Shown here piece by piece: positions 1-8,385 of a DNA stretch of 64,000 nt. The position numbers and the translations under genes were made by a program. Origin of the DNA: Candidatus Woesearchaeota archaeon (GTDB taxonomy: Archaea; Nanobdellota; Nanobdellia; Woesearchaeales; DSVV01); contig JAGVYH010000001.1 in the NCBI GenBank assembly GCA_018303325.1, positions 24,849 to 88,848 of the forward strand. Direction: 5' to 3'. A model generated the notes under the pieces. That model saw only the letters and a program-made list of their open reading frames with translations. It had not been told where the DNA came from and searched no databases. Numbering within the stretch: the first letter of the stretch is position 1; the number at the start of each line of letters is the position of its first letter.

Positions 1-1
1 T

Positions 2-1987
2 TATTTATCGCCTCATTTAACAAGAATAGGATTAAGCGCAACAATTGCTCCGCTTGAAGAGGTTGGGAGTTTTCTCGTCGGCGCAAATAGGGAATGTAAA
101 ATAGTGAATGTGCAGTTCATAAAAGAAATGGACTTGAAAGTGCTTTGTCCTGTTAAAGATTTAATTGGTGTAGAGCATGCCCTTATGCACCATTCAATGT
201 ATGAAATGATGGATAAATTAATACAGGAGCATAAGACTACACTGATTTTCACGAATACAAGAAGCGCAACTGAGCGTGTTGTTGATTTTCTTAAAGAGAA
301 ATTTCCTGCAAAATATACTGAAAATATTGGAGCGCATCATGGCAGCCTGAGCGTTACTCACCGCAGAAAGATAGAAACACAATTGAGAGAGGGAAAGCTT
401 AAAGTTTGCGTAAGCTCAACTTCCTTGGAATTAGGGATTGACATTGGTTATGTTGACTTAGTTCTTTGCTTAGGCAGCCCGAAGTCAGTTGCAAGAGCAC
501 TTCAAAGAATAGGGCGTTCAGGGCACAGGCTGCATGAAACCACAAAAGGGAGAATAATTGTTCTAGACAGGGATGATTTGGTGGAATGCGCAGTATTGCT
601 AAAATCAGCAATCGAAAGAAAGATTGACAAGATTCATATTCCCACAAATGCATTGGATGTTCTCGCGCAGCAGATTCATGGACTGTGCTTAGAACAGAAA
701 TGGAATGTAAATGAATTATATAATTTGATCAAGCAAAGTTACTGCTATAAATATCTTCAAAAAAAAGATTTTATAGAAGTTCTTGAATTTCTGAGCGGCA
801 AATTTGCAAGCCTTGAAGACAGGCATGTTTATGCAAAGATTTGGTTTGATGAAGTTTCACAGGAAGCAGGGAAGAGAGGGAGAATGAGCAGAGTTATTTA
901 CATGACAAATATAGGTACAATTCCCGACGAGACATTTATAACTGTAAAAGTTGGAGAGGCAGTTATCGGCAAATTAGACGAAGCATTTTTGGAAAGGCTA
1001 AAAAGAGGGGATGTTTTTGTTCTCGGAGGAGAGCAGTATGAATTTCTCTATGCAAAAGGTATGGTTGCACTTGTCAAACCAGCTCTTCAGCGCCCGCCGA
1101 ATATCCCTTCATGGTTCAGCGAAATGCTGCCACTCAGCTTCGACTTGGGGCTAGAAATTGGAAGATTCAGAAAATTAATGGAAGAAAAGTTCAAGGCAGA
1201 AAAACCAGAGAAGGAAATAAAGGATTTCATAAACACCTATCTCTATGTCGACGAAAACAGCGCAAATGCAATTTATAATTATTTTAAAGAGCAGTATGAT
1301 TATATCGGCGAAATACCAACAGACAAAAAGATAATTATTGAACATTATGAAGACCAATACGGAAAAAAGATGCTGTTTCATTCTTTATACGGCAGAAGGG
1401 TTAATGATGTTTTAAGCAGGGCAATAGCACTTGCAATTTCCAGAACAGAGCATAAGGATGTTGAGATTGGGATAAATGACAATGGCTTTTATATCAGCGC
1501 TGAGAAATCAATCCACCCGAAAAAAGCATTGGAATTGCTAAAGAGCGAAAAGATGGAGCTGGTGATGAGGGCTGCTATTGACAAGACAGAAGTTCTTAGG
1601 AGAAGATTCAGGCATTGCGCAGCAAGAGCGCTGATGATATTAAGAAGTTATAAGGGGCATACAAAACATGTTGGAAGACAGCAGGTAAATTCAATGCTGT
1701 TATTAACTGCTGTCAAAAGAATAAGCGATGATTTTTGCATTCTTAAAGAGGCGAGAAGAGAAGTTCTTGAAGATTTGATGGATATTGAAAACGCAAAAAA
1801 GATCATTAAAGGCATTGAAGACAAAAAAATTGCGGTAATTGAAATCCATACGAAAATACCGACGCCGTTTGCATTTAATCTTGCTCTGCAGGGATATGTT
1901 GATGTTTTGAAAATAGAGGAGAAGGTTGAATTCTTGAGAAGAATGCATCAGTTGGTTTTAGCGAAGATTGGGTTGGGGAAGAAGTGA
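2..1987 (+). CDS. lhr: Lhr-family ATP-dependent helicase (5'-truncated by window edge)
   Basis: Frame open from base 2 (RIGLSATI, motif III). Also LIFTNTRS, AHHGSLS, SSTSLELGIDIG, LQRIGRSGH, and the Lhr C-terminal RRRFRHCAARALMIL and PTPFAFNL. Confidence 0.95.
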   Translation, partial: YLSPHLTRIGLSATIAPLEEVGSFLVGANRECKIVNVQFIKEMDLKVLCPVKDLIGVEHALMHHSMYEMMDKLIQEHKTTLIFTNTRSATERVVDFLKEKFPAKYTENIGAHHGSLSVTHRRKIETQLREGKLKVCVSSTSLELGIDIGYVDLVLCLGSPKSVARALQRIGRSGHRLHETTKGRIIVLDRDDLVECAVLLKSAIERKIDKIHIPTNALDVLAQQIHGLCLEQKWNVNELYNLIKQSYCYKYLQKKDFIEVLEFLSGKFASLEDRHVYAKIWFDEVSQEAGKRGRMSRVIYMTNIGTIPDETFITVKVGEAVIGKLDEAFLERLKRGDVFVLGGEQYEFLYAKGMVALVKPALQRPPNIPSWFSEMLPLSFDLGLEIGRFRKLMEEKFKAEKPEKEIKDFINTYLYVDENSANAIYNYFKEQYDYIGEIPTDKKIIIEHYEDQYGKKMLFHSLYGRRVNDVLSRAIALAISRTEHKDVEIGINDNGFYISAEKSIHPKKALELLKSEKMELVMRAAIDKTEVLRRRFRHCAARALMILRSYKGHTKHVGRQQVNSMLLLTAVKRISDDFCILKEARREVLEDLMDIENAKKIIKGIEDKKIAVIEIHTKIPTPFAFNLALQGYVDVLKIEEKVEFLRRMHQLVLAKIGLGKK

Positions 1988-2140
1988 TGATTTTCGTTTT
2001 AATTAACTACTAGAATTAGATAATTTCTTTTAAAAACAATTAACTTATCTGTATCTATACCCTCTAAACTATAAATCTTTTAAAACTAGCCCCTTTTTTA
2101 TATTAATATTAATGATTTTTTACTATAAAAAGGTGTTAAG

Positions 2141-3571
2141 ATGGCCAAGATACTTTTTGAACATAAAGGATTAAATTACAAGGTTCCAGGATTACCATAT
2201 GAAAATAAGTTTGAATATGTCCGCCCTATTGTGTTAGATAGTGTTCCAACTATGGATGAACTGGAAAAATTAATTCTTAATTCTGATGTAACAACGTTAG
2301 TCAATCCTTGGACAATTGACGTGTTAAGAGGTTTTAGAGATTATATACCCACTACTTTTATGAGAGTTGCACAAAATATGAATCCTGATGCAATGCAGCA
2401 ATATTTTGGTAGTGATGAAAATTATATTCCGGAGAAAGAAAGAGTCTTGCTTCAATTACAAACAGAAATTGAGGCAAAAGCAGCAACTATTGATGCAGCC
2501 ATTATTCACAAACGAAAAGAATTGGGAACAGTAGTTAACAAAGCTCACATTGCTAATCGTTTATATGTGATAGGCAGATTTTACGGTCATTTAAAAGAAA
2601 GAGAATATCCTTTTTTATTTGGAAATTTATTGGATCCTACAACATGGGATGATGCTCTTTCTCAAATAAAAAGACAATTTATAGAATATATGTTGGAAAT
2701 TCCTGTTGGAAAGAGAAACTATGAGAGGAGAGTACGTAAAATTGATGTGCCAAAGAAAGATATTCAGAAAAGGTTTGTTTATGTTGAATGGCTGAAACAA
2801 AAATTAGGTGATGATTTGGCAGGAGTATTACTTTATGGCTCAGCTGCAAGAACAGATAATCCTGAAGGTTATTCTGACTTTGATAATTGGGTGATGGTGA
2901 GAGATATTGCAAGAGCTCATCAAATTTTAAAGAATACTTGTCCGGCAGTTTATGATGGTAAAGTAATAGAAGCACATAATGATTCAGAACTACCACATGG
3001 AGCCAAGCATTTAGGTATTCATCTTTTCCCTGCAAATGAAGAATATGTAATAAGACATATACGCTTTTTGCATGATCCTAGAGAATTCTTAATGCACACT
3101 AAAGTTTTATTTGGAGAATTCCCTTTCCTTAAAGTTGGTCAGGATGAAGTCATTGAAAGAGGCATATCACAAGCATATATGAAATTAAAAACTATTGCGG
3201 GTTCACTAAACTGGGCATATTTCGCTCCAGAAAGTATTTTGGGTAAACCAAGCTTGTTTGAATTTATAGTTAAAAATGTACGCTTTTTTATTCAGCATTC
3301 ACTTAATGCAACAGAAGGTCCACATTTCAGAGATAAAGATGAATTAAATAGACGGCTTAAAGAGAGAGACCTGCATATTCCGGAATATAAAGAAGACATT
3401 GATTATATTAAAAAATCATTATTATATGCAACTGTTAGTGTTCTGCAACTCCAAAAAGAATTTGTTGATTCAGGAAGAAAACCAAATTTAGATTTCTTAG
3501 TGGATAATCATTTTTATGAATGGAATGATCCTAAAGTAGATAATTGGGAAAGTGCTGCAGCAGATGATTAG
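2141..3571 (+). CDS. Uncharacterised protein with a Pol-beta-superfamily nucleotidyltransferase domain
   Basis: 476 aa ORF with central LLYGSAAR...SDFD motif; AAGGTG upstream of the start. Confidence 0.7.
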   Translation: MAKILFEHKGLNYKVPGLPYENKFEYVRPIVLDSVPTMDELEKLILNSDVTTLVNPWTIDVLRGFRDYIPTTFMRVAQNMNPDAMQQYFGSDENYIPEKERVLLQLQTEIEAKAATIDAAIIHKRKELGTVVNKAHIANRLYVIGRFYGHLKEREYPFLFGNLLDPTTWDDALSQIKRQFIEYMLEIPVGKRNYERRVRKIDVPKKDIQKRFVYVEWLKQKLGDDLAGVLLYGSAARTDNPEGYSDFDNWVMVRDIARAHQILKNTCPAVYDGKVIEAHNDSELPHGAKHLGIHLFPANEEYVIRHIRFLHDPREFLMHTKVLFGEFPFLKVGQDEVIERGISQAYMKLKTIAGSLNWAYFAPESILGKPSLFEFIVKNVRFFIQHSLNATEGPHFRDKDELNRRLKERDLHIPEYKEDIDYIKKSLLYATVSVLQLQKEFVDSGRKPNLDFLVDNHFYEWNDPKVDNWESAAADD

Positions 3572-3937
3572 TAAGTAATAAGTCTGCCAGTCAGCTTTGG
3601 CGAAAACGCGAAAAATGATGCGTAGAAGAACAGCTGAGTTTCCAATTGTTTTCGCTTCCTTTATAGTCTTACGAGACAAAACAGCAAAGCTGACAAATTG
3701 TTTCAGATTAAATGAAAAATTAGTTATTAAGTCAATATTTAATCTGAAACAACAGAATTCCACCAATCATTGGTTTATGGTCGGGTGGGATTCTGTGTGC
3801 TCAAGAACCACCGCTTGATTGGTGTAATTCTGAGCATCAAGAACCACATATTTGTTGTATCATTGTACCATCATGCTACTTAAACCAAAATAGATAAATC
3901 GAGTTAAATTTACAATAGAGGCAGACTTATTACTTAC
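3571..3937. repeat. Nested-stem palindromic element (family E), long copy
   Basis: Perfect 18 bp terminal inverted repeat GTAAGTAATAAGTCTGCC (3571-3588) / GGCAGACTTATTACTTAC (3920-3937). Inner stems GTCAGCTTTG/CAAAGCTGAC and GCGAAAAC/GTTTTCGC. Homologous to 34366-34500. Confidence 0.85.
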
Positions 3938-3964
3938 GATGATTAAAATGTTTCATTTATTTTT

Positions 3965-4936
3965 CTATTGTTGAATATGTGTTAAAAGAGATTTAACTAA
4001 GCCTATTTTCTGTTTTACAATTGTTTCTGCAAGTAGTAATAATGATTTATCTGTTTTAGGAATAGGCACAAAACAAGTATCAACACCGATTTCTTTTAAT
4101 TTAGTATAAACCTTATTGGGATCACCCTTAATTCTTAATGGGTTAAAATTTAAGTCAAATAAGCTTTCTTCATAACCCATGACAAAGTAAATTAAATGAT
4201 GATTAGGAAAAAGAGATTTGAAAGGGTCAAAAACTCTTTCTTCAATTCCATTAGTATGCCTGTTTTTGTTCCATGAATGAAGATTAAATTCTCTCTTAGT
4301 AAATGATTCGCCAATTAAGAGGTATCTCTCATCACCTACGTGAAGATATCCTAACCCATCTATTTCTGTAGAAATCAAACCAAATCGTTCTTGTTGGTAT
4401 GAGGTTACAACATCTGTATGCGTATCTTTCTTTAAGATAACAAAATTACTTACTCCTTTGAAACGAAGAAGATAATCATTATTAAAGCGAGCGATATAAC
4501 CTTTACCTCGATGTTTACGAGGTTCTCTTAAAACACCACTTATTATGTTATTCTCTTTAAAAGAAGATTCTCCTTTTTTTTCTTCTTCATAATGGGAAAC
4601 AACCTGTAAAAAATATTCCATAAGTAAAGAGAGCATTCTTTCACCCATTACTCCTTTAATTCCTCTAACTAGTTCATCTTCAGGAATATCTTGCTCTTGT
4701 TTCTTTTTAGCCCACCACAAAATATCTGTAGCATCATACAAAATAGTAGTAATCCCACCAATAGTAACACTTACACACTCACCTTCTGATAAGTCATGTA
4801 ATTTAGCTGATGGTAAAAATAAATGTGAAATGCTTAAATAGTCTTTTTCACAAGAATGAGATTCGTCAACCAACGTATCCAATGCAGGACAATATCTTCT
4901 TGGGATATACTCTGCAAAATGGTTCACTGTGTCCAT
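3965..4936 (-). CDS. Hypothetical protein, possible PD-(D/E)xK nuclease-like fold
   Basis: 323 aa ORF with GxxGE (GVMGERML) and EIDG...LLIGES pattern; fold call is weak. Confidence 0.5.
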   Translation of the reverse strand: MDTVNHFAEYIPRRYCPALDTLVDESHSCEKDYLSISHLFLPSAKLHDLSEGECVSVTIGGITTILYDATDILWWAKKKQEQDIPEDELVRGIKGVMGERMLSLLMEYFLQVVSHYEEEKKGESSFKENNIISGVLREPRKHRGKGYIARFNNDYLLRFKGVSNFVILKKDTHTDVVTSYQQERFGLISTEIDGLGYLHVGDERYLLIGESFTKREFNLHSWNKNRHTNGIEERVFDPFKSLFPNHHLIYFVMGYEESLFDLNFNPLRIKGDPNKVYTKLKEIGVDTCFVPIPKTDKSLLLLAETIVKQKIGLVKSLLTHIQQ

Positions 4937-5025
4937 CTAAACTGCGAATAGTTATGGATATAAAAACATTTCCATTGTTTTTTGCTCTTGTTTTTTCCAA
5001 AAAATAATTTTATAATAAATAGTTA

Positions 5026-5399
5026 TATAGTAAGTAACTTAAATTATTGTACATCTCGTGTTACTTACTATATATACTAAAAGTCCTTAGCTTCCGAACA
5101 AAAAACAAGGACTTTTGTATATACAAATGGAATTAGTTTGTTCGAAAACTAATTCCATTTAGTATATAACAAACACAGTAACTTTCAGTAATATAGCAAA
5201 CCACAAACATCTTATCCATTTAGTTGTGGTCTGCTGAATATTCAACCAACAAATTTATACTTAACTATTGGTTGGTTGAATATAACTCGTTGTGTTTGTT
5301 ATATTGAACGAACTAAACAATATTGATAAGTAGTTTTAGTTCGTTAGCTATTCGTGGACTTTAAGTAAATGGATAAAGATATTAAAGTCCACCACTATA
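5026..5399. repeat. Array of ~8 concatenated/nested TATA-bounded hairpin units
   Basis: Stems: TATAGTAAGTAAC/GTTACTTACTATA; AAAAGTCCTT/AAGGACTTTT; AAATGGAATTAGTTT/AAACTAATTCCATTT; ATAACAAACAC/GTGTTTGTTAT enclosing AGCAAACCACAA/TTGTGGTCTGCT and ATATTCAACCAAC/GTTGGTTGAATAT; AACGAACTAAA/TTTAGTTCGTT; GTGGACTTTAA/TTAAAGTCCAC. Confidence 0.9.
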
Positions 5400-5429
5400 T
5401 TTATAAAATCCTGAAATTATCTGTTAATA

Positions 5430-6221
5430 ATGCAAATCTTCAAAAACATTGAAATTATTGACCTCTGCCTATTTCTAACGAAATCAAAAACTTTGGTTAT
5501 TCCAGACGTTCATATTGGATATGAAGAAGCATTAAATAAACAGGGCATTCTTATTCCAAGAACACAGTTTAAAGAAATAATGATTAACATCGAAAAGATA
5601 ATAAAAGAAGTAATATTTAGGTTTAATAGTATTAACCAGATAATAATTCTTGGAGATTTAAAGCATGAATTCGGCAGGATTTCAGAGACAGAATGGAGAC
5701 AGACATTAAGGTTTCTTGATTTTCTTTCTAAATTCTGCAATAACATTATTCTCATCAAAGGAAACCACGATACAATTCTCGGGCCAATTGCAAAAAAAAG
5801 AAATTTAGAGATAGTTGATAATTGTTTAGTTGATGATATACTTTTTGTCCACGGCGACAAAATACCGACAGAAATTTCAAAACAAACAAAAACAATAATT
5901 ATTGGCCACGAACATCCAGCAATATCACTTAAACAAGGTCCACGGGTAGAGAAGTACAAATGTTTTTTGAAAGGCAATTGGATAATGAATAAAAAGATAA
6001 TAAGTAAATTGGAAAAATACGCATTTAAAGAGCAGAGAATATATAATCTGATTGTAATGCCTTCTTTTAATCCGTTAATTGAAGGTACAGACATTCTCAA
6101 AGAAGAGTTATTAAATCCTTTGCTTAAACAAGCAGACATAGGTAAACTCGACGTTTTTATTGTAGGGGATAATGTTTATAATTTCGGAAAGATAAAAGAA
6201 ATAGTTAAACATATGAAATGA
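5430..6221 (+). CDS. Calcineurin-like metallophosphoesterase (Lhr-associated MPE / MJ0037-like)
   Basis: DVHIGYE, LGDLKH, KGNHD, VHGD, GHEHPAI and MPSFNP motifs. Confidence 0.9.
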   Translation: MQIFKNIEIIDLCLFLTKSKTLVIPDVHIGYEEALNKQGILIPRTQFKEIMINIEKIIKEVIFRFNSINQIIILGDLKHEFGRISETEWRQTLRFLDFLSKFCNNIILIKGNHDTILGPIAKKRNLEIVDNCLVDDILFVHGDKIPTEISKQTKTIIIGHEHPAISLKQGPRVEKYKCFLKGNWIMNKKIISKLEKYAFKEQRIYNLIVMPSFNPLIEGTDILKEELLNPLLKQADIGKLDVFIVGDNVYNFGKIKEIVKHMK

Positions 6222-6286
6222 AAAAATGAATTAATAAAACAAGTTAATAAGATAAATAGAATAAATAATAAAGCAAAAAAACAGGA

Positions 6287-6394
6287 TTACAATGACTTTT
6301 TGACTCTCTTTCTCTTTTCTTTCTTCATTCTCTTACGCTGCCATTTCCATCTCATTTGGCCTTTTTTCTTCCATCTTCTCGAACTTCTTTTCAT
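6287..6394 (-). CDS. rpl41e: Ribosomal protein L41e (eS32); not in the ORF track (35 aa)
   Basis: Manual translation MKRSSRRWKKKGQMRWKWQRKRMKKEKRKRVKKSL*; GAGGT Shine-Dalgarno upstream. Confidence 0.85.
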   Translation of the reverse strand: MKRSSRRWKKKGQMRWKWQRKRMKKEKRKRVKKSL

Positions 6395-6561
6395 TTAGCA
6401 TACCTCGGTTGTTAAGTTCTTTGTAAAATCAATCATTAATTGATAATTAGATAAGTGGGTATATAATCTATTTATAAATCTTTTGTTCAACGAAATATTT
6501 ATAAACTCGTATAAAATCTTCAGATTAAAGATTAAAATTAGGGTGATAAGGCTAACTAATC

Positions 6562-6707
6562 GGGCCCGTAGCTTAGCCTGGAGAAATTAAGCTTAAAATA
6601 AGACTATTTCAGGCAATGGAGCACTGCTCTTATATGACTGTGCTGCATACAAAAAATAGCACTCCTATGATAAGCAGGGGTCGTGAGTTCGAATCTCGCC
6701 GGGCCCA
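6562..6707 (+). tRNA. tRNA-Ile(UAU) with two introns (D-loop ~6582-6617; canonical 37/38 at 6635-6671)
   Basis: Acceptor GGGCCCG/CGGGCCC-A; anticodon stem CTGCT/AGCAG with CT-TAT-A (TAT at 6631-6633); T arm GTGAG-TTCGAAT-CTCGC. Confidence 0.85.
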
Positions 6708-7000
6708 TTTAGATTACATTTAATTAATGACCAGCGAATACTCAGAAACAAGCGGATACTCAGAGAAAAATAGATAATGTGACCGAGCAACGAAGTTGCG
6801 TAGGTCGCATGATTTTTTCCGAGGTTTTGATAAAAAGCTCGTGGGAATCTCGCCGGGCCCATTTAGATTACAGTTAATTAATGGCTAGCGAATACCCAGA
6901 AAAAATAGATTATGTGACCGAGCAACGAAGTTGCGTAGGTCGCATGATTCTTTTCCGAGGTTTTGATAAAAAGCTCGTGGGAATCTCGCCGGGCCCATTT
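6691..7000 (+). repeat. Two tandem 154/136 bp units bounded by three copies of the tRNA-Ile 3' end
   Basis: GAATCTCGCCGGGCCCATTT at 6691, 6845 and 6981. The intervening units are near-identical with hairpin ATGTGACC-GA-GCAAC-GAA-GTTGC-GTA-GGTCGCAT. Confidence 0.92.
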
Positions 7001-7052
7001 TTAGCTCATTTAGCTTTAAATAGTTAGGTTATAATTAGTTTATACACAATTA

Positions 7053-7145
7053 TATAGTAAGTGACGTAAATTTTTATACAAATCGTGTCACTTACTCTAT
7101 TTGTCGGACATAACAAATGTATAACTATTTATGTCCGACATTATA
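7053..7145. repeat. Doublet of TATA-bounded hairpin units
   Basis: AGTAAGTGAC/GTCACTTACT (homolog of 5026-5072) followed by TGTCGGACATAA/TTATGTCCGACA. Confidence 0.85.
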
Positions 7146-7183
7146 ATAAATTTATATATTACTAATAAAATCATGTTCATATT

Positions 7184-7317
7184 GCCTCGGTAGTGTAGTC
7201 CGGCCCATCATTTTGCCCTTTCGAGTTTTATTGAATAGGCAAAGAAAGGCAAAGACCCGGGTTCAAATATTCCAAAGGAGATCAAATCCTTCGGATTTGA
7301 AAGTCCCGGCCGAGGCA
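7184..7317 (+). tRNA. tRNA-Glu(UUC) with two introns (37/38 and T-loop ~7268-7303)
   Basis: Acceptor GCCTCGG/CCGAGGC-A; anticodon stem TTGCC/GGCAA with TTC at 7220-7222; T stem CCGGG/CCCGG with interrupted TTCAAA...T loop. Confidence 0.85.
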
Positions 7318-7406
7318 TTTTTTTATGTTATTGGGTTAAAAAAAACATAACTTTTATAAAATAACCCCCTTTTTTAATAAGTAACACATAAATTTGAGGT
7401 TATAAT

Positions 7407-7700
7407 ATGACAAAAAGAATTGGCGGAGCAAGAAGAAAAACAAGACATATATTTATGAAGAGCTATAAGAAAAAAGGTAAATTAAGTCTGACAAAGTATT
7501 TTCAATCATTTGAAGTAAAAGATAGGGTTAAACTTATGACAGAATCCTCTGTTCAAAATGGAATGTATAATAGAAGATTCCATGGAAAAATGGGGAATAT
7601 AATAGGCAAAAGAGGAGAATGCTATAAAGTTGAATTATATGACGGAGAAAAAAGAAAAGTATTAATTGTTCATCCTGTTCATCTTACCAAGATGAATTAA
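7407..7700 (+). CDS. rpl21e: 50S ribosomal protein L21e
   Basis: RRKTR, RFHGKMG and VHPVHL; conserved adjacency to rpoF. Confidence 0.95.
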   Translation: MTKRIGGARRKTRHIFMKSYKKKGKLSLTKYFQSFEVKDRVKLMTESSVQNGMYNRRFHGKMGNIIGKRGECYKVELYDGEKRKVLIVHPVHLTKMN

Positions 7701-7724
7701 TAGAAAGTTTAATGGAGATAAAAC

Positions 7725-8114
7725 ATGGCACAACCAAAAATTCTTGAGGAAAAACCAATTACAATGGTTCAATTAAAGGCAGATTTGGAAAAAAATAAGA
7801 AAAATTTGGGCGAATTAAATTTCAGAGCTGCAAAAACAGAAGAATATCTTGATCAATTCTTATCAATCAAAGTAAAGGGTGGAGAAGAATTAATAAACAA
7901 GCTTAATGCCTTAAAGATACCAAGATTAAGAGATGCCCATATTTATAAGATTGTTGATCTAATGCCAACAAAGGTTGAGCTGGTTAAATTATTGTTCCAA
8001 GGTTCGCCTTTGACAATAAGTGAAGACAGCTGTAAGAAGATTGTCAAGGTTGTAGAAGATCATCTTCCAAAGAAAAGCAAGAAAGAAGAAAGTGCAGAAG
8101 AAGCAAAGAAGTGA
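7725..8114 (+). CDS. rpoF: RNA polymerase subunit F (Rpo4)
   Basis: Follows rpl21e; ELNFRAAKTEEYL and KIVDLMP motifs. Confidence 0.85.
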   Translation: MAQPKILEEKPITMVQLKADLEKNKKNLGELNFRAAKTEEYLDQFLSIKVKGGEELINKLNALKIPRLRDAHIYKIVDLMPTKVELVKLLFQGSPLTISEDSCKKIVKVVEDHLPKKSKKEESAEEAKK

Positions 8115-8189
8115 TTTGTTTATTTTCTATATTTGTTTTTTAGTTCCTATTTCTTAATATTCTTTTTTTTATTTATAATCCGATTTCCC

Positions 8190-8370
8190 GCTCTCAACTA
8201 GTTTGTGGGACGCAGTCCCCCGTCCCATGAAAAGTTTTTTACGTTTTTTAATCGTTATATAATTCGTTTAAGTTTAAAATAATAAATCCTTAATTAAATC
8301 ATCATGAACGTGTCCAATCAGGTAGGAAATAAAAAAAGAATTATGGAAAGGGTGGCTTCGCCCATGAACT
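8190..8370 (+). mobile_element. REPIN-like palindromic element (family D), copy 1
   Basis: GCTCTCAAC...GGGACGCAGTCCCCCGTCCCATGA ... GTGTCCAATCAGGTAGGAAATAA ... GTGGCTTCGCCCATGAACT. Confidence 0.8.
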
Positions 8371-8385
8371 AATAAAACAGTTTAT

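Noticed and set aside
3597-3818. 73 aa ORF
   Set aside because: Lies wholly within the family E palindrome and is not preserved in the second copy.
5026-5399. CRISPR array or integron attC cassette array
   Set aside because: No constant direct repeat, no RYYYAAC/GTTRRRY-bounded sites flanking ORFs, and no integrase in the window.
6665-6862. 65 aa minus-strand ORF
   Set aside because: Antisense translation of the tRNA 3' end and its repeats.
6691-7000. CRISPR array
   Set aside because: The repeat is the tRNA 3' end, the intervening units are near-identical and >110 bp rather than unique spacers, and there are no cas genes in the window.
8190-8370. Family D as simple intrinsic terminators
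   Set aside because: Copies also occur reversed and upstream of genes, have conserved two-ended architecture and carry nested inserts; a secondary terminator role is not excluded.
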